Below, one piece after another: positions 1 to 6,670 of a stretch of DNA of 20,000 bases (positions are counted from its first letter, which is position 1; each line of letters starts with the position of its first letter). This DNA is from an uncultured virus (IMG/VR IMGVR_UViG_3300049445_000078) (lineage: Duplodnaviria; Heunggongvirae; Uroviricota; Caudoviricetes). The position numbers were made by a program, and so were the translations under genes. The notes under the pieces are model-generated. The model did no database searches and was not told the origin of the DNA. It was given only the letters and a program-made list of their open reading frames with translations. The DNA lies in IMG/VR virus record IMGVR_UViG_3300049445_000078; one strand, written 5' to 3'.

Positions 1-17
1 TGTTTCCTATCCCCGGA

Positions 18-236
18 TTAGAACTCTGTCGGGCTGAGTGGCGAATTATTTCGCAATTCGCGGATAATCGGATCAACGATTGAAGCCTCGCCACCAGCGG
101 CCAGCATGACGCCTGACGGGCTGGCCGGGTCGCGGTGATAAATGTAAGTGACCTCGGCGCGGCACCATGAACGGGTGCGGCTATGGCTATATCGCGGGTC
201 GGTTACTGCGGCGCGTACTTGCTCGATGTTGGTCAT
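18..236 (-). CDS. Hypothetical phage protein (72 aa, MTNIEQ...)
   Basis: ATG at 236 preceded by GAGG. The frame is also open from ATG 509 (GGGGAGAG RBS), so the start is uncertain. Confidence 0.55.
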   Translation of the reverse strand: MTNIEQVRAAVTDPRYSHSRTRSWCRAEVTYIYHRDPASPSGVMLAAGGEASIVDPIIRELRNNSPLSPTEF

Positions 237-246
237 GTGCGGGCCT

Positions 247-447
247 CTATATTGTTTCTGACAGCCTGTTTCTTTCGGCCTCAAGACGCTCTTGATATTT
301 GCGCTCGCGTTCAATCGCATTCTGGCGATCTTGTTCGGAAGGAATTGGTGGGGGCGTCTTGCGGTTGCGGCCACGCCTCCGAAACGTGTTGCCCATTGTG
401 TGTCGTCGGCGTTCGCGCATTTTGTGGCGGCCCCTGTTCTGACCCAA
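247..447 (-). CDS. Possible small basic/charged hypothetical protein
   Basis: Protein-like charged helix (QNAIERERKYQERLEAERNRL) ending just before the RBS of the 236 gene. Start unclear and it overlaps an alternative open frame. Confidence 0.35.
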   Translation of the reverse strand: MGQNRGRHKMRERRRHTMGNTFRRRGRNRKTPPPIPSEQDRQNAIERERKYQERLEAERNRLSETI

Positions 448-541
448 TGCACTCTTGGCAGATGCAGGCTATGGAGTGCATTAGATCGGCGTCCTTTGAC
501 TTTAGTCATCAAACTCTCCCCATTCACATATACCATTGCTA

Positions 542-571
542 TTGACTTGTCCAGACCTGTTTCGCTATTAT
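542..571 (+). promoter_or_regulatory. Sigma70-type promoter, probably giving a leaderless mRNA
   Basis: TTGACT(542-547)-18 nt-TATTAT(566-571), then 6 nt to ATG 578, which has no SD. Confidence 0.55.
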
Positions 572-577
572 GCGGAT

Positions 578-1144
578 ATGAGCAAATATCGTGCTTACAT
601 CAATCCAACGCCCAGCCTTTCGGAAACATTGCAGCGGGCACAAATCAGTCCGCTAGGCACTATTGCCGAATGGTACGTTGAGAGTCGGACGGTGACGCGG
701 GCAGATTTCATTAAGCATCTTCGCCCCGGCGATCTCGCGGTGGTCGCCTATACCGCTTGTCTAGCCGCTGACAGAGGCCGCAAGGATGACCGCCGCTGTG
801 ACCTGATGGATGCTCGGGGCGATATTCACGCTAAGGGCGCGGTGCTGCTTGAGGCCGCAACCGGCCATCGATCCGACAAGGATTGGGTTAAGATGAAGGC
901 CGACGCTCTACCCACGCTCGGGCGGATGGCCCAAGGATCGCGGTCGGCGCTTAATGGTCGCCAAGGCAAGCCGCCGTTGCCCTACACCAATGCAGAGCGC
1001 AAGACGATGATGCGGATAGCGGATAGCAGACGCTATAAGAACTGGAACCAACGGGCGGCAGCAATCAAAGCCGAAGGCATCAAGGTGCCGGGCCGCACAT
1101 GGTTTTACAATCATATCGTATCCACATTAAGTGCGACGATCTAA
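578..1144 (+). CDS. Degenerate small serine recombinase (resolvase/invertase fold plus C-terminal HTH), catalytic motifs lost
   Basis: RAYINPTPS aligns to GYARVST; RADFIKHLRPGDLAVV to RPxLxxLLxxLRxGDxLVV; DLMDARGDIHAKGAVL to DLxxxxxxLxxxGVxF; GRQGKPP linker and GRTWFYNHI HTH-like end. Length 188 aa is typical of the family. Confidence 0.75.
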   Translation: MSKYRAYINPTPSLSETLQRAQISPLGTIAEWYVESRTVTRADFIKHLRPGDLAVVAYTACLAADRGRKDDRRCDLMDARGDIHAKGAVLLEAATGHRSDKDWVKMKADALPTLGRMAQGSRSALNGRQGKPPLPYTNAERKTMMRIADSRRYKNWNQRAAAIKAEGIKVPGRTWFYNHIVSTLSATI

Positions 1145-1154
1145 AGGAGTTCCT

Positions 1155-1316
1155 ATGGGCGACGGTACATCAGAAAGCACAGTCGAAAAGATTGTCAGAC
1201 TCCGCAATGAACTAGCCCGCGCTAAGGCCGACAATCAGGCAATCATAGAAGTAAACAATGGCTTGCGTGACGCCATGCTAAAGATGAAAGATATTATAAA
1301 CGCTACTGTCAAATAA
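1155..1316 (+). CDS. Small coiled-coil hypothetical protein (53 aa)
   Basis: AAGGAG RBS, ATG 1155, heptad pattern. Confidence 0.75.
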   Translation: MGDGTSESTVEKIVRLRNELARAKADNQAIIEVNNGLRDAMLKMKDIINATVK

Positions 1317-1326
1317 GGAGTTTATC

Positions 1327-1476
1327 GTGACGCCAAGTGAGGCCGCCCGCGAAAAGCATCGCTCAAAAATGGCTCAAATCCGGGAGACCATCGCGGCGAT
1401 TTGGATGAACAGTCCGAAAGAAGAAGCCATCCTCGACCAGTGTATGGCTGAGATTGACCGTATACTGTCTCGTTAA
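1327..1476 (+). CDS. Small hypothetical protein (49 aa, MTPSEAAREKHRSKMAQ...DRILSR), absent from the ORF track
   Basis: TAAGGAG RBS, GTG start, fills the gap between neighbouring genes. Confidence 0.7.
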   Translation: MTPSEAAREKHRSKMAQIRETIAAIWMNSPKEEAILDQCMAEIDRILSR

Positions 1477-1478
1477 AT

Positions 1479-1695
1479 AGGAGCGATCCGTGCCGGAAGC
1501 CGAACTTGATGTTGAGAAAGACGCTTCGGCAGATTGTGAAATCTGTAAGGGCCGTGGTTGGCATTGGGGATGGGACGGGCTTGGTGAAGCAGTGATGTTG
1601 CGCTGTCCCTGTGTCGATCTAAATCGAATTAATGCGGCGCGAGATACGCCGTCATCTGCGGCAGATGCTTATCAATAAAGGAGCGATTCGTGCCG
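1479..1695 (+). repeat. 17-bp direct repeat covering RBS and start: AGGAGCGAT(C/T)CGTGCCG at 1479-1495 and 1679-1695
   Basis: 16/17 identical, 200 bp apart, at the starts of two consecutive genes. Confidence 0.85.
1490..1678 (+). CDS. Small zinc-finger-like protein (CxxCxGxG...CxC)
   Basis: CEICKGRGW...RCPC; AGGAG RBS with GTG start. Confidence 0.7.
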   Translation: MPEAELDVEKDASADCEICKGRGWHWGWDGLGEAVMLRCPCVDLNRINAARDTPSSAADAYQ

Positions 1696-1875
1696 TTTGA
1701 ATATGTGCCCGTCAGAGACGCCGTTGGAATGTTATACCAAGAGGCGGCGGTTCGTATGGTGGAACTGCTGCATGCAGGCAAAAAGCATGATGCTGAAATC
1801 TTCGACCAGGCGGCACACGCGATCAAGAAGGCTTGGCCGGAGTTGGTCAAACAATCATTAGAGAAAGTCCCATAG
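1690..1875 (+). CDS. Hypothetical phage protein (61 aa)
   Basis: AAGGAG RBS, GTG start, operon spacing. Confidence 0.7.
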   Translation: MPFEYVPVRDAVGMLYQEAAVRMVELLHAGKKHDAEIFDQAAHAIKKAWPELVKQSLEKVP

Positions 1876-1890
1876 AGAAATAGGGCGGTC

Positions 1891-2073
1891 GTGAAGTATA
1901 GGCACCATAAGCGCGGCGGTGAGTACGAAGTGATCGGAATGGCGCAGGTTCAAGCCGAGGAGCCGCTGACAGACTATGAAGTCGTCACGGTGTACCGTGG
2001 CGTGGATGGTCAACTTTGGATTCGGCGCAAGTCTGAGTTTGAAGATGGCCGATTTATTCAGTTGAAGGAATAG
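1891..2073 (+). CDS. DUF1653-like small phage protein
   Basis: YRHHK-GGEYEVIG...VYR..DGQLWIR...EF..GRF signature. Confidence 0.8.
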   Translation: MKYRHHKRGGEYEVIGMAQVQAEEPLTDYEVVTVYRGVDGQLWIRRKSEFEDGRFIQLKE

Positions 2074-2090
2074 GAGAGACATCACCGCCC

Positions 2091-2264
2091 ATGCTGAAAA
2101 GCTCTGAGGTGAATAGATGGCAAGAAAAACGCCCAATAGGGATATTGGGAGCATGGGTAGCCATCTGCCGCCGTGGCGGTCGTCGGGGGTGTGTGGAACG
2201 CCTCCGTGTAGCCCACGGGCAAAGATCGGACATTCCCGCCGATCATCCACGCTTATCAGAATAG
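2091..2264 (+). CDS. Possible hypothetical protein (57 aa); the alternative frame 2117-2302 competes
   Basis: Its TAG overlaps the next RBS (TAGGAG), but SD spacing is poor. Confidence 0.3.
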   Translation: MLKSSEVNRWQEKRPIGILGAWVAICRRGGRRGCVERLRVAHGQRSDIPADHPRLSE

Positions 2265-2273
2265 GAGCCGACC

Positions 2274-2438
2274 ATGTGGCCCGATGGCTTTATTGGCGAT
2301 GATCCAACGTCAAAGCGCAATGCGCGGTGGCTGGCGCTGTTCTTGCTGCCGTTCGTTCTGATTGCCTTATGTGGCTGCACTACGCCACAGCCATCCGGGC
2401 CTGACCTTTGGAAGATTCCCGGTATTGGATCGAAGTAG
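2274..2438 (+). CDS. Small lipoprotein (54 aa), absent from the ORF track
   Basis: AGGAG RBS; MWPDGFIGDDPTSKRNARWLALFLLPFVLIALCGC-TTPQPSGPDLWKIPGIGSK has a basic n-region, hydrophobic h-region and LCGC lipobox-like motif. Confidence 0.7.
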   Translation: MWPDGFIGDDPTSKRNARWLALFLLPFVLIALCGCTTPQPSGPDLWKIPGIGSK

Positions 2439-2849
2439 TTATAGCCCTGCCATCCGGCCTGCCCATCGAAAGGCTATAGCGCCCCTTACGCTGCGTTCCC
2501 GCTCCCTGACGGCGTGGTTATCATTCCCGCTACGAATGACCCATCCATTTGTAGCCCTAGCTGTTATGAGCCCAACGTGGTGATACCAGACCACAATAGC
2601 GCCTACTGCCGGTCCACCAGCAGAACTGCCAAAATGCGCCCAGTTACGGGCTAAATTATAGGACCTGTCAGCCACGCCTAATTCATGGCGGAGCCACCAG
2701 CCACACCATGCGTGAGGTCTAGGGTCAGAAACAGCGCCTAGGGCATCCTGAGAGGCAATGCGGGCCATTCTATAGTGGTGGTGATGGTGTCTGGCTTGGG
2801 CGGCAGTGGCTATCGTTAAAGCGGCTATCAAGGCGATGAGACGAATCAT
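2439..2849 (-). CDS. Secreted CHAP/NlpC-P60-fold cysteine peptidase (TIGR02594-like)
   Basis: Signal peptide ending AQA; AWCG (Cys), GAIVVW-HHVG (His) and SGN motifs. Confidence 0.75.
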   Translation of the reverse strand: MIRLIALIAALTIATAAQARHHHHHYRMARIASQDALGAVSDPRPHAWCGWWLRHELGVADRSYNLARNWAHFGSSAGGPAVGAIVVWYHHVGLITARATNGWVIRSGNDNHAVRERERSVRGAIAFRWAGRMAGL

Positions 2850-2897
2850 CTGGGTTCCTTTTTCAGTCGTTTTGGGTTAAACGTAGACAACTACCTC

Positions 2898-3143
2898 CTA
2901 AGACTCTGTTATTAAAGTGGAATTCGATGGGTGACAGGATTTAGGTGATTTGTCAAGTTCCATAGCCACGAAGGAGTCGAGAATTGGCCGCAGGAGGGAT
3001 GCCTTACTTTTATTTTGCCGCTTGGCGATAAGGGTAATGGCATCGTAGGTTTTGCTGCTGACTTCGATTAGAATTCCCTTGGATGCTCCATTACAGACGC
3101 CACTGGCTCTAAATCTGTCTTGTGCCACCTTTCGCCGTCCCAT
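2898..3143 (-). CDS. Ribbon-helix-helix DNA-binding protein
   Basis: GILIEVSSKTYDAITLIAKRQNKSKASLLRPILDSFV fits the RHH pattern; GAGGGG RBS; overlaps the upstream gene by 76 nt. Confidence 0.7.
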   Translation of the reverse strand: MGRRKVAQDRFRASGVCNGASKGILIEVSSKTYDAITLIAKRQNKSKASLLRPILDSFVAMELDKSPKSCHPSNSTLITES

Positions 3144-3445
3144 GAATATCCCCTCTTGGCCATATCCGAATCCATCTTAGCAATCCGCTCTTTGCTTCCT
3201 GGGTCTGGTTCGTAATCCAGATACCGCTTTTGATTCAGCCATGTTCTGGCGTGGCAGACGAATTCTGTGCCCAAATGATTCTCGGCCATGACTTCCGCAC
3301 GATAGGCATGGGCGGCATTGACGATGACTTCGGGATTGGTCCCTGACTTTATGGCCGCATCCCACTTGGTTCTCGCAGCAGCTTTGGGGTTTGAACCTTT
3401 GCGCTTTGGGTAGACGAGCCAGAAGTCAAAGAAGGTCAGAGCCAT
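3068..3445 (-). CDS. Stand-alone C-terminal domain of a phage replication initiator / replisome organiser
   Basis: FFDFWLVYPKR...KAAARTKW...HARTWLNQKRYLD motif; no N-terminal HTH. Confidence 0.75.
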   Translation of the reverse strand: MALTFFDFWLVYPKRKGSNPKAAARTKWDAAIKSGTNPEVIVNAAHAYRAEVMAENHLGTEFVCHARTWLNQKRYLDYEPDPGSKERIAKMDSDMAKRGYSWDGERWHKTDLEPVASVMEHPREF

Positions 3446-3777
3446 GTTAACTTCCCCTTCATCGGATATTTATCGAGTGGCAAAACCTGGCACTGCACAT
3501 ATTTTCCATCAATCCATTCCCGATTGTACCAATGGCCGATTCGAGTACAAACGTGACCATGTTCCGTTACCCGGCTTTCATAGATAACCAACTTGTCCGC
3601 TGTTTTATATTCTTCCCAACGATAGTTGATGAAGCGATCACCACCAGCCTTCAGCCACGGAGTAGCAGACAACATTTTGAGGGGAGGCAGAACGGTCTTT
3701 GCCTTTGGCTTTTGTATGCCAAACAAACTCACAAACGGTAGACTAGCCAAGATTGTAAACAGGTTACGTCGATTCAT
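3436..3777 (-). CDS. Hypothetical protein with twin-arginine-like N-terminus (113 aa)
   Basis: AAAGGAG RBS, MNRRNLFTILASLPFVSLFG. Confidence 0.7.
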   Translation of the reverse strand: MNRRNLFTILASLPFVSLFGIQKPKAKTVLPPLKMLSATPWLKAGGDRFINYRWEEYKTADKLVIYESRVTEHGHVCTRIGHWYNREWIDGKYVQCQVLPLDKYPMKGKLTWL

Positions 3778-3790
3778 TAGGATTCTCCTT

Positions 3791-4318
3791 TCACCATTCA
3801 TGTCCGCATTTGGGGCAGTGCTTGATAGGCTTCTTGCGGAAACCAGCTTCGATAGCTGCTGCATTAGCGGATAGTTTTTTGGCAATTACTTTTTCAAACA
3901 AATCTGGGCGCTCCCGCTTAAGCCGGGAAACCGTGTAGGATAGGGAATTGCCGCGACCATCATGGATAGTGACATTGTCACCATCCTCTATCGTATGTTG
4001 ATTGGTTCCCACTGGTCTCTTTATTGCATCACGCCATAAAGCGACTGTCTGTGGATCATCCTTAATAAGAGCCTCAACTTTATTAATTGGCCAGCCACAT
4101 CCTTTGAGCGGAGGAGTGACAATAAAATCAGAGAAGTTTGTAAATTCTATTGGTTCCTTTCCCAACTGAGGAACCTCTCGTTTTTTCCAAGCTTCTGTCT
4201 CAAGCAGTCTCCTAACCAAAGGAGCCACATTCTCAAGACTGCCAGCAGATGTATTTACAGCACTCCAAAGAGCCTGCACCAGATGATGATTCTCAATAAG
4301 ATTGTTAATCACAGCCAA
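3791..4318 (-). CDS. Hypothetical DNA-binding protein with ParB/KorB-like helical C-terminal region and terminal CPKCGHEW
   Basis: GTNQH motif and RLKRERPDLFEKV...LSANAAAIEAGF helical block; overlaps the helicase stop by 10 nt. Confidence 0.7.
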   Translation of the reverse strand: MAVINNLIENHHLVQALWSAVNTSAGSLENVAPLVRRLLETEAWKKREVPQLGKEPIEFTNFSDFIVTPPLKGCGWPINKVEALIKDDPQTVALWRDAIKRPVGTNQHTIEDGDNVTIHDGRGNSLSYTVSRLKRERPDLFEKVIAKKLSANAAAIEAGFRKKPIKHCPKCGHEW

Positions 4319-6189
4319 TCCTGTTCTCTAAGGATTGCTTCCCTTAGTCTATCTATCTTTCTTTGTAGTTGGGATATCGACATTTGCGATTGAGGAACCT
4401 TATCAACCATAAATTCGATATTAACTTCCTTCGTTAACGGTTCCCAAATAGCCCTATTATAAGATTCTCCATGCCCCCGGCGTTTCTGTCTTATCTTTGT
4501 TAACTGGCGCACAAGTTCATTGGCATCTTTTTTCAACCGTTCTTCTTTCTCCCATGGCGGTTCTCTCTCCACATTTTCATTTTCTAGTGGCGGTTCTCCA
4601 GTTTTAAGGCCCTGAGCAAAACTAGGATCACCTAACATCAGTACCGCCGATGTTTCACTTATCCTGTATTTTTTTTTAAGTTGTTCTATTACCGAAACTC
4701 TATCCCCAGTGTAATGTTGTCCATGAATTATATAGCCAACAAATTCTGGTTCTGACCCCCCAACTGTAATTCCCATCTTTGGCAGTGATAAACCGTCGCG
4801 ATTAATGTCATTACTTTTCTTTTTCTTTTCTTCCCAAGCCAACTCCTGCAATCCTTCAATCGTTTGAGCAAACTCAGTAAGTTTTTTTACCTCTGGAATA
4901 AATACATGAGCAGTAGCTTGCTCATCATCTTCATTTTCCATTCTTCTTACACATCTTCCAACCAATTGACGAAAAATTAAGTTTGTTGCCTTGTTCGTTA
5001 AATAGGCCAAAACTTTTAATCGTGGGATATCTACCCCCTCTGAAACTATCTGGACGGACACCAGCCATTTTTTAGCATTATTCTTCGCAAAATCATCAAT
5101 CGCATAAAGAGAATCTTCTTCCTGTTCCGGATCAGAAGTAACAACCGTTGATTTTTGCCCAAGTATTTCAAGTAATCCATAAATTTGTTTTGCATGTCTT
5201 ATATCTTTAGCAACAACCATTGCCGCTGCTGAAATATCTTTCTCCCTTATTTCATCAAGTTTGCGATTTGCATCTCTCAAGATTGAAAGAAGAAATGAAC
5301 TGTTGTCTAAAGCATATCCAAGATATGATTCATCATCACTACAAAGTTGTTTCTTTTCTTTTCCAAACTTCACATCAACAAATTCCATTTTCTCTCGATG
5401 AAATGTAATTTGCCTAACCACATCATCACTTAATGCCCTAGGCCAATCATATGTGAAGTCAGCTACATATGACCCATTGGAAACTTCGATCCATTTTGTT
5501 AATTCACCATCCGAGCGTAATGGTGTTCCAGAAAGAAGAAGTCGGCGCTTTGCTAAACCAAAGGCTTCTTGTAAATCAAATCCAAATTTTGAATCTTCTC
5601 CCTCTGAGGCGTGGTGGATTTCATCACAAATCAACATGACAGAATGATCTGAGCAAAATTTACGAAAAATCATATTCTGACTTTTAAGGGCCTGATAAGT
5701 TGTTGACACTCCGTTATATGGTTCCTTTAGATACCCGTAGAAATTTTCATCAAGTTTAATACCGGCGTCAAACATCTTTGAACGCCAGTGACGCTTTATT
5801 TGTCGCGTAGGACTAACGACAACAACGACACCACCTTTCTCTAACCACAACCGGACAACTCTTATTGAGGCATAAGTCTTTCCACCTCCAGGGAGAGCAC
5901 AAAGGAAAAAATTAGGTTTTGTGTGACTCTGATATTTTTCAATGAATTCATCTTGCCAACTGAATCTATTTTTATTCATCTTATTTCCTTTCAAAATATT
6001 TTCTTTCGGAGTTACCACATCGCAATTTTCAATAGCGGTTTCTCCCCCTCTCGAATATGGAACGCGATGGTCAGCGTGCATTTTAGTGGGGTCCAATGGT
6101 TCCCCACTAATTGCGCTTTTTCCATCTTGGGATAACCAAGCTGCCATTCGCTCACCCTTGTTAAAGCGCCTTCGTTTATCAAGAACCAT
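4309..6189 (-). CDS. HNH nuclease fused to SF2 (ResIII-like DExH) helicase, 626 aa
   Basis: HADHRVPYSRGGET..EN...ENILKG (HNH core); ALPGGGKT, DEIHH, SGTPLRSD, SEGVDIP, QLVGRCVR (motifs I, II, III, V, VI); GGAG RBS before ATG 6189. Confidence 0.9.
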   Translation of the reverse strand: MVLDKRRRFNKGERMAAWLSQDGKSAISGEPLDPTKMHADHRVPYSRGGETAIENCDVVTPKENILKGNKMNKNRFSWQDEFIEKYQSHTKPNFFLCALPGGGKTYASIRVVRLWLEKGGVVVVVSPTRQIKRHWRSKMFDAGIKLDENFYGYLKEPYNGVSTTYQALKSQNMIFRKFCSDHSVMLICDEIHHASEGEDSKFGFDLQEAFGLAKRRLLLSGTPLRSDGELTKWIEVSNGSYVADFTYDWPRALSDDVVRQITFHREKMEFVDVKFGKEKKQLCSDDESYLGYALDNSSFLLSILRDANRKLDEIREKDISAAAMVVAKDIRHAKQIYGLLEILGQKSTVVTSDPEQEEDSLYAIDDFAKNNAKKWLVSVQIVSEGVDIPRLKVLAYLTNKATNLIFRQLVGRCVRRMENEDDEQATAHVFIPEVKKLTEFAQTIEGLQELAWEEKKKKSNDINRDGLSLPKMGITVGGSEPEFVGYIIHGQHYTGDRVSVIEQLKKKYRISETSAVLMLGDPSFAQGLKTGEPPLENENVEREPPWEKEERLKKDANELVRQLTKIRQKRRGHGESYNRAIWEPLTKEVNIEFMVDKVPQSQMSISQLQRKIDRLREAILREQDWL

Positions 6190-6551
6190 AAATTGCTCCG
6201 TAGTACGGCAAATTTTAACGTACAACAAAAAATAGAATAATGCAACTTACTACTTCTAAAGTGTACTTCTTAACCATCTGCTCACTGGTGAACTTGGGTT
6301 CGAGGCCCGAATACCCCCCTACCCCCCAGAATTTATCTGGAAGGTCAGGGGGATAAACGGGCGCTGTCCTGCTCACTGGAGCCACTTTGGGACATTGGCC
6401 CTAGACCGGCCTTTTCCGCAGCCACACATCCGGTCAGGGAACTAAATCCCTCATACCCTGCGTGTGCCCGCTTGCTGCGAGAGCCGATTCGGTGGTTTTG
6501 GGAGGAAAAACTTGGCCTTGACGGAACTGCTGCCTATTGGCATATGTTCTT

Positions 6552-6638
6552 TAGTCAAGGTCTGGTTTTTCTCCCCCAGAGAATCAGCCACCAGATCAGC
6601 CCGCACACCTTGCAACAGGTGAGGCGGGCAAACTTTTT
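6552..6638 (+). ncRNA. Candidate ~85-nt antisense (counter-transcribed) RNA
   Basis: CTTGAC(6517-6522)-17-GCATAT(6540-6545) resembles the rhizobial CTTGAC-N17-CTATAT promoter; ends at a GC hairpin followed by a T-run. Confidence 0.45.
6599..6638 (+). terminator. Intrinsic terminator-like hairpin
   Basis: GCCCGC-a-CACCT-tgcaac-AGGTG-ag-GCGGGC followed by aaacTTTTT. Confidence 0.5.
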
Positions 6639-6670
6639 GTACCACGTTCCATGCGGTTTTCAAGTCCCAT

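Larger units (their letters stand above)
6240..6665 (-). ncRNA. Structured non-coding region: candidate replication origin / primer RNA transcribed leftward from ~6630
   Basis: Largest ORF-poor gap in the window. Minus-strand TTGAAA(6663-6658)-16-TACAAA(6641-6636) with extended TG; hairpins at 6599-6629, 6491-6592 and 6313-6354; G6TAG6 tract; direct repeat CTGCTCACTGG at 6278-6288 and 6369-6379. Confidence 0.5.

Noticed and set aside
237..509. Possible frameshifted gene joining MTKVKG..., CICQEC and LGQNRGRH... frames
   Set aside because: It needs two frameshifts with no slippery site or homology support.
578..1144. Active integrase or invertase acting on the 8582-9437 segment
   Set aside because: Catalytic Ser/Arg motifs are absent, and the 6-bp shared core does not fit the 2-bp crossover of serine recombinases.
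2846..2897. 14-codon uORF (TTG...TGA) overlapping the CHAP start
   Set aside because: GGAGG is only 3 nt from the TTG, too close for efficient initiation.
4309..6189. Type I/III restriction-modification system
   Set aside because: No methyltransferase or specificity subunit in the window.
6314..6327. CCCCCCTACCCCCC as the Pro-rich linker of an initiator gene
   Set aside because: It lies on the strand opposite the replication genes and no long ORF contains it.
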